The notes: generated from the sequence alone by a model not told the origin. DNA of 33,436 nucleotides from Klebsormidium nitens (GCA_000708835.1 DF237731.1:1-33436), one strand, 5' to 3'; counted from the first letter of the stretch, positions 17,158-27,369 are shown. Numbers and translations are program-made.

Positions 17158-17178
17158 TCAGAGGCCAGGCCCGGCCAT
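17158..17178 (-). promoter_or_regulatory. Short upstream ORF (MAGPGL*) before SEC3
   Basis: GCCATGG context at 17178, TGA ending at 17158, out of frame with the SEC3 ATG at 17107. Confidence 0.4.
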
Positions 17179-17755
17179 GGCAATCAGAATCTGACCCTCG
17201 GGCCCTTCTCGGGCCGTGAACTTGAAGTAGGTACGTTGAGCTCAGCGAGGGAAGTGCAGACGCCGGCCGGAGCCTGAGGTGGTCATGCGCAGGGAGACGA
17301 ACTTAGGGCCCGGCGCCGAGCTGGCGGCCGCGCCCTGCCCGGCGGGCCGCCCGGTCCAGACTCCGCAACCGACGGTCCGACCCCTCAATGTTTTGCTCAT
17401 GAGCACCTCGCGAGTCGCTTCTCTAGTTCGGCGCACCACGTCACCAGGACTAACGCAGCGCGGTACGGCCCGTGGGACACCGTACGCGGACCGTGGTACC
17501 GTGACGTGACCTTCCCGTACCCTGCTGCTTCAGGGCTTCGCTGACTTCACGATGCACTCACGACTCACGAGACACGAGTGGTTGCGTCGGCTGAGAGTCT
17601 CTGCCTCTGACTCTGACTCACAGTCTGCAGCGTAGAGAACCCTGCAGGCTCCTTGAGCAGCATTCGACCGCAAGTGAGCGTGTGTTGCCTGGCATGCCAC
17701 CGCTTGCTCTTCCAGCGACGTGCTTGCTCGAGGTAGCAGAGGGGAGCGGCTCAAG

Positions 17756-17791
17756 ATGGCCGGGGGGTTGCCTGTGTCCCAGCAAGAGTAG
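17756..17791 (+). promoter_or_regulatory. In-frame upstream ORF (MAGGLPVSQQE*) before the SnRK2-like gene
   Basis: AAGATGG context at 17756, TAG at 17789-17791, 63 nt upstream of and in frame with the ATG at 17819. Inclusion in the transcript is not demonstrated. Confidence 0.5.
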
Positions 17792-17818
17792 AGTGCGAGC
17801 CGTAGTAGTGCAGAAAGA

Positions 17819-19951
17819 ATGACTAGTCCTCTTCAGACGGTGACGCCAAGCTCGTCTGACAGCGACGCTTCGGTCCTGTCTGTTGGAAAGGTGGTTGGGG
17901 GTGAGGGGTGGAAGCAGAGCGCGGGGAGAGGCCGGGCCGGGTCTGGGCTAACAGCCAGCAAGGAGCGCGCAGGGCGGCCTCTTGAAGTGCTTGCGCCGGA
18001 GCTACGCGAGCAATACGAGGATACAGGGGCGGTGCTGGGCAAGGGTACGTACGGGGTGATCCGCCTGCTTAAGGACAAGCGGAGCGGCACGCATGTGGCG
18101 GCACGGTTCATTCCACTGCGGCTGTGGTCGCGGCAGAATGAGAAGGAGATCATTCTCATGGCGCAGCTGCAGCACCCGTGCATGGTGCGCTTCCAGAAGG
18201 CCGTCCTGACAAGTGCGGATCTAGTGGTCATCACCGAGGCCTATGGGATGGGGAACACGCTGATGCGCTTTGTGGACAAGAAGATGCTGACAGAGTCACA
18301 GGCAAGGTAAGGCGTGTGCTGGTTCAGGCCCTCGGCCAGATTTGTGAAATGGTGCACCTTTTTACCAGGTTTGGTTGGTTCTGCTATGACTTAGTTTTTG
18401 TTGCGCCAGATCTTGGTTGTGGCCCATGTCCTCTTGCGCCCTCCAGCCTGTGTGAGCTTGTATTGCTGGTGGGGTAGGGTATGGAAACTGGTAACCTTTA
18501 AGCGGCAGACTTTGATGCTGTACAAAGGGAACTGTTTTGGGACGGACGGTTCGTTGAAAAGCAAGTGGAGTCCTGCAGCTGGGGTAAGAAAGAGGGACTA
18601 ATGACACTGTCGTGCCAAAGAGTTTTAGATGGGTGCACAAGAGCAGACCCAGCCTCGGGCTATGTCGGATGCTGACTGTAGAGCAGTCGCGTGTGTGCCC
18701 AGCGCCGCCCCGCGCAGCTCTGACGCGGGTGCCTCGTGGGGGGCTGTCAGGTGGCGGGTCTCTTGGAAGCCCCTCTTCCTGAGCGGCCTGTCGGCTGCAC
18801 ATGCCAACAGTATAACCCTGTGTGGAACACCGTGAGCAGAAGCATATTTGCCTGGAGCCAAGAGCCTCCCCTTTGCCATGCGGAGCTCTGCAGGGGCTCA
18901 GGTGTCTTGGCGGTACAACTTACCCCAGATCTGTCCGATGGCCTTTCCACCACCTGCTGCTTACTGGTTCCCATGGGAGTTGTAATGTGTTTGTTGCCAT
19001 TCCCCGGCAGAAACTTGGGGGAGTGTTGCTGGCGCGCGTGGGTGTTGTATGGGTCCGCCCTCTCTGTGGCGCTCCTGGTGGGCATGCACCAGGGACGCCA
19101 CAGAGGGAAGGCCATCACCGCATTGTGGCCCTCTTCCGGCATTGGGTTTCTGCCCGTCGTCAGGTGTCAGGAGATCAGGTGGCGAATTGAGCACGTATAC
19201 TTGGGACATGTGTTCACGTCCTTTTCAGCAGCCGCGTAACAGCGGGTCCCCTTCCTCCCCCTGGCCTGGGCGCTCACGGGCGCGCGGCTGTGCGCTGGAT
19301 TGCAGGTACCTGTTCCAGCAGCTGGTGGCGGCCACGGAGCTGTGCCACGAGGTGGGGGCCAGCGGGCGGGACCTCAACATGGAGACGGTCATCCTGGGCA
19401 AGGCCAACCCGCCGGGCCTCAAGATGCTGCCCCTGGGGAACACGCGCACGGCGCTCATGCGCGGCTCGGAGCAGGCCGTGCTGCCCAGCAGCATCTACGC
19501 AGCGCCGGAGATCTTGCAAACGCGGGGGCCGGGTGCGGAGGGGGCGGTGGAGCAGCACGACCGAGCGGAGTTGGCCAATGGGAAACAAGCGGACGTGTGG
19601 TCGCTGGGGGTAATCCTTGCAGCGCTGGTCTTTCACACATACCCCTTCGCAGACAAAGGCCCCGAGAAGAACGTGCAGCGCATGTTCGAGCGCATCACGG
19701 CGGGAGAATATCAAATCCCAGCCAACGTGCAAGTGGATGATAGTTTAAGGGATCTCTTAGATAGAATATTCCAAATCGACCCCAACAAGCGGATCACGTT
19801 GCAGCAAATTAAGGAGCACGAGTGGGTGAAGGTAAACATGCCACCGAAGCTGCGGAGAAGGTATCAGCCAGTACTCGCAGAAGGTGTGCAGAGCTTTACG
19901 GATGTTTTGATGGTGCTGAAAAGTGCGAGGGCTGCGTCAAACAATTCTTGA
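17819..19951 (+). CDS. SnRK2-derived protein kinase-like protein, predicted pseudokinase, 2 exons, 377 aa
   Basis: Exon 1 is 17819-18306 (donor AG|GTAAGG) and exon 2 is 19306-19951 (acceptor TTGCAG|G); phase-2 junction, intact frame. It aligns by eye to SnRK2 throughout: GKGTYGV, KEIILM..LQHPCMVRF, ARYLFQQLV, YAAPE, ADVWSLGV, YPF, DLLDRIFQIDPNKRITLQQIKEHEWVKVNMP and SnRK2-box-like QSFTDVLMVLKSA. Catalytic motifs are degenerate (VAAR, GRDLNMET, PLG). Confidence 0.88.
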
Positions 19952-20832
19952 AAATGATAAAGGATGTACATAAAAGATTCTCAGGAAAGGGCTCCCTTCC
20001 AACCTGACGCGTAAGTGCCAAAAGACATAGCTAGCATGGTGACAAGAACGAAAACTAAATTGAAGTTAAATGATGGCCAAAAATAATCTTGTGTCGTGAG
20101 ACTTCGAGATCTTCTGATCTGGAAAACACACTTAGCCGCATTGGCTACGAAGACCACTGTGTCGACATTTAAACGTGCTCCAAAGCTGCCGGGACACACG
20201 TTTTCGAAGAATTGGATCAATGTATTTCATGTATTTTGCACACTGGACACGCACGGAAATTGGAGATGATTGTGGAGTGCATGAGAATCGCTTGACACCG
20301 TCCTAGACCTCGGGTCTAGCTCACCAGCCTACGGGTCGGAAATCAGTCACTAGCTTGACGGTGAGTGTGTAATTGCTCGCTGTTCGCTGATGTGTGCTTA
20401 CTATCTACATGATATACATGGCAGTCATACTTAATGATATTCACCGGGCGTCTACCCTTGCAAAGTAGTACGTGGCAATCCTTGTGACAACTAGAGCGGA
20501 CGGCCGCCGGGCCCGCATCAATTATCATATCTAGTTTCTTTAATTATGCATGATATGCCAGGTTCACATCCACTGACCGGCGTACGTACAGTAGGACCTC
20601 AAGTGCATGTACTATACTTATGCAATTAAGAGCGAGATCCCACTAAACTCTTCAAATAGAGGGTCCCGTGCCTTGCACAAACTCCGCAGACTAACCACCC
20701 ATTAATCTCATGCATGATGGTTATTAACACCGCAACAATGCCTTTTACCCTCGCGTTCAGCGAGCCCGCGATCGGCCCCGAATCGGAAGCATGCACGGTA
20801 AGTTTTTGGGATGGGTGTTTTTGATCCTAGCT

Positions 20833-21402
20833 CTAACTATACAGCTCTTGCAACCATGCCGCGTCATTCAATGGGGCCGTTGGGGCTGCTGCCAATTCCG
20901 CCGCCGCAGGCTTCCGCAATGTTCGAGTGTGCGCTCCAGCGCGTCCTCCACCTGCTCCGCTGGTGGTCATTGCTGCCGCCGCTGGGCCGTTAATTGTCAC
21001 GTAAGCTTGCAGCAATATTGAACAATGATGCACGCGGAACTCGCGAGGAGGTTCATTTTGATAGAAGCTATTTGGCCCATAAGGCGTCAGCATCCTCAAT
21101 TGCCCGCTCGATTGATTCGAAGCATTCAAGAAGCCCCCCAGGTAGTACATTTGATCGAGATCGATCCGAATCATGTCCCCGGCCGTTTGGTGATTGAAGG
21201 GGCGCCACTTCTGGACCTCAAAGCAGTGATGATGCGTCGTTCGAACCTTGCGGCCGAAAGTGACTTTGATTTTTGGACGTCCTGGGTGGAGTCGACGATC
21301 AAGGAACTTGTCCGGATTATACTCCCATTCAAGTTGATGATCATGGGATGGTCGTTGGGGACTCAACTCCTTCGATCTTGTTGAGGGCCGGCCCCATGGC
21401 AT
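20833..21402 (-). other. Intronless orphan ORF (189 codons, non-ATG start), possibly a TE remnant
   Basis: 570-nt open frame in intergenic DNA of moderate GC. EWEYNPDKFLDRR weakly resembles a chromodomain start; no firm family assignment. Confidence 0.25.
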
Positions 21403-22626
21403 TGAGACCGGCCTTAATTTGAGCTTGGATCGCGTGGTTGCTTTACCGGATTGGCCAGGAGTTTGCAGATAATTGTCCGACCGGGAGCGCTTCCGACGCG
21501 AGCCTCTACAAAAGCGGAGCCTGCTCTAGTTTATGCATGTACAGCAGGGCTCGTTTGTGTATCTGACGGCTTTTTGGGATCAAAGTACGTGCAATATCAC
21601 TACTTACGTCCATGTTGTTCCCTTCGATTTTACATGCACATGCAAACTCTGACGATGCTCGAAGTGACTTTGAAGTTTGACGCCAAATTCGATCCGAGAG
21701 TGGCCATGTCATGCATAAACCTTATGCTACCATTGACTTCTTTTGGTACGAAAATTTGGAAATAGCTATGACTTGCATGCTATATGCCAGGTATTGAGGG
21801 TTTGATGACTTTCAACGTTCAATTGCTTGCGCAAGCTGGGCCGGCATATATAGGATGAATTTGATCGAAACATCTTTTAGATGCCTTGTGCAAGAATCGA
21901 GCTGACGGGAGCCTGCTCTGGACGGTCCATCTATATAGACCATCCAATTGAGCGGCACCCAATATTTTGGGGCAAACTGATGATATGTACATAATCGACT
22001 TCACATCAAGTCTGATCCGTGAACGGTTAAGGCGGGTATCTTGGTGCAGCTCATCCGATCAATACTTCTGACCAGTCTGATTCAACATTTGTCGATCATG
22101 GCGGATAGGTGCTAACGACAAACAGGTCAAGCAGAAGAGTCAGTTCTTGAGCTGTAGATCTCAATAGGTCAGAGGTTACCATCTCCCCTTCTCACAGGCA
22201 AACGAGCATATCACAAAAGCTACACAAGTCCATGAATCATAAGCCAAAGAGTTAGAAATGATGATCTCAGCTAGCTTCTGACGCTTACCGTTTGGTACAA
22301 CATGTCGTAATGGCCCCATGTCCAATCACAATCCATTCTCAATGGTCCCGCCATGCGTCAAAGTCTCGGTACAGCAAGATGGCAGGACTACTTGTTCAAA
22401 GAATTTTAAAAGCTTTTAAAGAAGTTAACTCTAGGTATGAGAAAAGTGAGCTATACCACAAAGTGTCAAGGGGCCCTTGACTCGAATGAGTTATCTCAAA
22501 GTTGGTCAATCCTGTATCCTATCTATATAGCATCCACTTGCTTGTTGCAGCAATAGCCGATTGCAGAACCGTATCGTGCTCTCCTCATGCACCCCTCTCA
22601 TAAATACATAAAGCTGCTCGCATTGG

Positions 22627-25600
22627 TTACTGGGCGACAAGAGGAGCGCCCTTGGAGCTTGGCCAAGCTGCTGGCGAGCTCTGCACATGATGCATCCCGT
22701 TGCTTGCTCCTTGCGACGGCTCCAAGCCAGCCCCCGTCGTGTCTGCCCCCGCGCCTGTCGTTGCCCCACTTTCCCCGGAATACGCTCCCCTCGTCTCCTC
22801 TCCACTCAGTACCTGATCCGCCCCGTCTCTTGCCCCCTCGTGAGGCGACACTGCTGCCAGGGCCTGCTCCGCGTGCGCTCCTGCAGCGCCACCATCGCCG
22901 ACACTGCCCGGCTGCACACCACGGAGCCAAAAGGGATCAGTCGCATTGCGAAGCTGGCCAACGCAGCGCTTGCGGCCAGCAGAGCCCGGAGGATGTGGAT
23001 CTTTCATCGCACTCGCGCTCTCTGCAGCCCGTCTGGTCGAGCTTCGGTCGGCGGCCGCTCGCTGCAGGGGAGCAGTAAGTAGAAGAAAGCCCTCTCGATT
23101 GCTTCCATTACGAGAGGAGCCCTGCCAGCACGTACACGGAGCGCATCAGAACGGCAGGAGGCGCCTGCCATACTCCGGCAGCGACTCCCAGCTCAGCGCA
23201 GCCTCCACGAGGGGGATGGCACGGCCTGGAGGCAGGGCGGTCCTGCGACCTCCAGTGCCTCAGCCACGATGCGACTCTGGTCATTGCCCCTCCTCGCGCT
23301 GCGGGCCTCACCTCCACCTTGGGCGTGCTGTCGAGGCGTCCGTTGGCGTGCGGGGTGGCGGGCGGCGGGGTGGCCAGGCTGGCCTCGGTGGGCACCGCCT
23401 TAGGGGTGCCCCTGTCGGCGGAGGGGCTGGGCTTGAGGCGCGGGGAGGGCGTGCTGGTGCGGAACTTGGGCAGCGACGACGCGGTGGGCTGCATGAAGCG
23501 CGGGGTGCCCATGGGGGACATGATGCTCTTGGGCGTGCCCGGCGACGCGGCCGCCACCTGGAGGGGGGCCACCCACGGGGAGAGGCTTAGCTCAGCGAGC
23601 AAGGCAGGCAAGGCAGCACCCGCTAGGAGAAGTGCAGCATTCAAGGGCTCACACGCAGTGCACGCGCAGGATGCCCGGCTGTGCATCTGGCCCCGGGCTC
23701 ACCTTGGGGGATGGCGGGAAGCTCAGGCGGCGCTCGGCGCGGGCCGCGGTGGGGGATGGCGTGGCTGCCTTCCTGCAGCAGCGGCAGCAGGACATGTGAG
23801 CAGAGCGGGAGGAAGAAGGGGGGGGGGTGGGGCGGGAGGCAGGCAAGGCGAAGGTGCGGGAGGCCAATCTGATCCCTCTCCCATGCAATCACCCCGGCTA
23901 GGCTGCCCGGACTTACCGAGGGATGGCCAGGGTTGCGGGCACACTGCGGGTCTTGCTGCTTGCCGCGGTGGGGGAGTCCGTCTGCGCGCCAGTCAGACAC
24001 AGCAATCAGCACCGTGCCTGGGCAAGTCACGCACTATCCAGGCATGCCCTCTTGGGACCTGAGTGCAGCAGGATCAAGGCAGCCGCGATTTCGGGGCAGA
24101 GGGAAGACAGCACTGGGCGTGTGTCCTTGTGGCCGGCAGTCCCTCGGCCCTGACCTTGGGGCCTGCAGCCACGTATGGATCCTTGTTGAGGCGCGTGGCG
24201 GTGGCAGTGTTGAGCTGGCACACCCCGCACAGCGGCCCCGCCTCGGTGTCCTTGACGCGGCTGGAGAGGCGGCCGCACCACTTGCACTGGCGCTGCTCGC
24301 TCGCGGCCTTCCCCAGGTTCGGCTCCTCCCAGTCCACCACCTTGGTCGGGAAGTCTGGCTCCTGCACACCAACCCCTCCCCGCACAGCTGCGTCAGAGCA
24401 AGCAAGCACGTCACACACACACATGCCCCGCCCATGAGACTGCCCCTTCAGCCCTGGCCCTTGTTGCAACCTTCTTGCACAGCAGGGCCGGGCAGCCCTT
24501 GCGAGCTGTCGTATGATGCTCCACCAGCAGGGCGCGACGGTGCCCCGCACTCTGGGGCCCCTCACCTGCTTGGGGACCTTGGTGCCGGTCTGGGCGTACG
24601 GATCCTTGTTGAGGCGCGTCGCAGTGGCGGTGTTGAGCTGGCACACCCCGCACAGCGGCCCCGCCTCCGTGTCCTTGACGCGGCTGGAGAGGCGGCCGCA
24701 CCACTTGCACTGGCGCTGCTCGCCAAAGTCGCGCTCCAGGTTCGGCTCCTCCCGCTCCACCACCTTGGCCGGGAAGGCACCGCCGTCCTGCACACAGGGC
24801 ATGCGCACTCGTTCGCGCAGCCAGGACCAGCGTGCAGCGCAACGGGGGACAGCTCAGCGCAGCACACCAGGGTGCAGGTAGCCCCTACGTCAGGGCAGAG
24901 ATTGACAGCAGGAAGAGGCCACGACTGGTATCGACGCATCCTTAAAGTGTGCTAGACGGCAGGGGCCAGGCAGGGGGCTTACAGACAGACGACGAGAAAG
25001 AGGCCCCCCCCCCTCGCTGTTGAACCTGATCACTCTGCGAGGTGGTGCCCAGTCCTGTACAAGCAAGAGCAAACCCTGAGTTTAAGAGAGAAGGCAAGCA
25101 TCAGGACATTGCAAAAGAACCGGCTCGCAACTGCTGCACTAACATAGAGGCAGCAGACACAGACACTTGCAATCCGGGGCAGGGGCTCTCAGGGGCACCA
25201 CAGGCGCAGCACACGGATGCACCTTGCGAGAGAGGTCGGAGGCGTCGATGAAGCTGCGGTTCCTCCAGGGGCGGGCCACCATCCAGCGCTCCAGCCAGCC
25301 CCAGCCCCACCCCTCGTGGTCGGGGTCGTTGGGGATGTACGTCACCGTCTGCACAGGCCAGCCCCCAACAGCGCAGCACATCAGGCCCCATGCGCGCCCT
25401 GGGCGAGAGCACACCCAATGAGACACAGGGCGATAGGAGCCGGCTGTGGGAGATGCTGCGGTAGGGAAGGCCGCACATAGAGATGATGCTGCCTCCCGGA
25501 GCCCCGGTGGCTCACCTTGGGCGCGGGCCCCGTCTTCCAGTTCTGGAAAGAGGCGGCATACGCGCGGGCCCTCTCCCGCTTGATGAAGCCGGTCTGGCGG

Positions 25601-27007
25601 CGGTGGTAGTCCGCCTCCAGCTCACTGATGGGGGCAGCGCTGCTCACCCAGCCCTGCACGCACCCGCCGCACAGCGCGGGTCAGAGGGGGGGGGGAGAGC
25701 GCCGGCCACTCACTGGTGCTTGCTAAACATGGCTTCAAACCCCTTGCGATGAGAATCTAGAACCTTAGTGCTGGATCTATGGCCGGTGTCCTCCATCAGG
25801 GGCCAGGCCACGCTTACATCTGTCCTCTTCTTCTCCGGCCCATCGGGCTCCCGGAACCCGCCGGCCTCAAGCCGCTGCTGCACCTCCCTGCCCGTAGCCG
25901 ACTTGCGCACGGCATTGGCACGCGCGCGGGCCTGCACGCGCACGAGCGCGTTCATGCAGCGGAGCGTGATGGCGGCCTGGCGGCGCACGATGTGGCCGCG
26001 CACCAGCGCCTGCACCTTGACCAGGCTCTTGTGCGTGCGCACCGAGCGCCGCACCTGCCACACACAATCACGCGCAGTGAGCCTCAAGGACGGGGAAGAG
26101 AAACAAATGTTGCAATGTGACAGCAAGGAGGCAGAAAGCGAGCAACGAAGTGGCGAGCCACAAATGCTTTATTCCTGCTTGACAGTCACTCACCAGATGG
26201 CCCCGGTATGCGGCTTGGATCTTGGTGGCAGCCCTGGCATCTCTGCTGGCCGCCCTGCTCTTGCTCCCGGCTAGCGCGCGCTGCGGGTCTGGCTTGGGGG
26301 GATTTAGCACCACATTCAGTTTGTCCAGGCCAGAAAGGGGTACCCGCTTCGCCTCCCCTGACTTGTAGCCCACTGTGCTGCCATTTGCTTTTGCCACATC
26401 CCCACGCTGCAAAACGAGCCAGGAAGGAGTGAATGCCATACAAAAAATCCTGGTGTCAGGTTCATAGCGAAGAAGCAATCAGAAGAATGAACCTGGAAGG
26501 GACAAGAGCACTGTGGCCAGGACTCCAGCTTTTCTGAAAGCAAGTAAGAAAAGATGGAGAATCCTTTTAGGCAAGCAGGCACCGGACTTGTGGGTGAGGC
26601 TTTGAGATACGAAGCGGGTGGTATGCCATCTGTCGCCAAATAGGTTCATCAGAGATTTAGCTTGTTGCGATATCTGTGTTGCAGGAGGTGCACAGGCTCA
26701 CCAGTGCGGCAACCCCTGCGACAGGGGTGCCCCCCACTGCAGGATCTGCCGAGGAGCCGTCCTTGGCCTTTTTCTGCATAGAGCCAGACGTCAGGTATCA
26801 TTGCACACTAGGCCAGGCCCTCTGGTTGCGTGCAGAACATGACACTGCAAATGTACAAAAGCCTTTGACAAACATAGTTCAGGACTAGTCAAGCACAATT
26901 TGAGTACAACAAAGGAACAATGTCCAGGCATTGCAATCAACCAGATCCACCAGGAGTGCCATGCTGCTCACACTGAAAATCCTTGTCAGCGTTTTCTTCA
27001 TGCCCAT
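22627..27007 (-). CDS. IQD: IQ67-domain (IQD) calmodulin-binding protein with two tandem C4 zinc-finger-like modules, 13 coding exons, about 712 aa
   Basis: Exons (minus strand): 27007-26972, 26773-26702, 26406-26194, 26054-25818, 25653-25516, 25348-25223, 25054-24983, 24787-24566, 24361-24155, 23981-23917, 23772-23703, 23557-23312, 23061-22627. IQ67 domain [13 protein letters not shown]|[46 protein letters not shown] is split by the family-typical phase-0 intron. Other IQD motifs: [34 protein letters not shown]4005-like [15 protein letters not shown], basic N-terminus [14 protein letters not shown]. 11 of 12 coding introns are phase 0. The last exon is the least certain. Confidence 0.9.
24173..24721 (-). 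repeat. Duplicated 126-nt coding module (24596-24721 and 24173-24298) inside two paralogous IQD exons
   Basis: Direct repeat with a 423-bp offset. Both copies encode [42 protein letters not shown]; the 5 nucleotide differences are all at synonymous third positions. Confidence 0.97.
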
Positions 27008-27041
27008 TGCGCTGGAGAGTGCAATGACCAGCTAGGAACAC

Positions 27042-27369
27042 CTGCAGAGCGCGAAGGTCATGTTGTGACACAATGGCACACCACCACACCTCAGAGCGAG
27101 AGAAGAAGCATTTTAAGGGCTTTGTTGGATAGTCTAATAAAGCAGAATTGCTTCAGCTTTGCTCTGTCATTACCAATGCCAGGAACATGGGCACACAAAC
27201 ATCCTTTCCAGGTGCTGCTAAGCTTAGTCTAGCAGACCCTGACGGCATCTAACTGCGCTCCGGAAACAGGAAACTCACAAGGCTCTCTGTCGCACTCTAG
27301 AAGCATGAAACCGCCTCGCTGCTTTATTCCACACCCCACACGTCCTGTTGTCAAAGTTTTTCAACTTAC
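27042..27369 (-). other. Probable 5'UTR intron of the IQD gene
   Basis: Strong donor GTAAGT at 27369 and acceptor CTCTGCAG ending at 27042, which leaves 34 nt of UTR before the ATG at 27007. No transcript evidence. Confidence 0.55.

Larger units (their letters stand above)
17108..17818. promoter_or_regulatory. Shared divergent promoter / 5'UTR region of SEC3 and the SnRK2-like gene (711 bp between start codons)
   Basis: Head-to-head start codons at 17107 (-) and 17819 (+). The interval holds four GTAC cores and two inverted TGACGTG motifs at 17437-17520. Confidence 0.7.

Noticed and set aside
21290-21330. YNPDKFLD...TFGRKVR as a cytochrome P450 PERF and heme-loop remnant
   Set aside because: The FxxGxRxC Gly and Cys are missing at the required spacing and no other P450 motif is present.
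22255-22290. ATGATGA...CTGA as a box C/D snoRNA
   Set aside because: The boxes are only about 20 nt apart with no terminal stem. Other ATGATGA hits (about 1390 and 7041) lack a suitably placed D box.
26712-26728. Hairpin ACCCCTG-CGA-CAGGGGT in IQD exon 2
   Set aside because: A 7-bp stem in GC-rich coding sequence with no supporting context.
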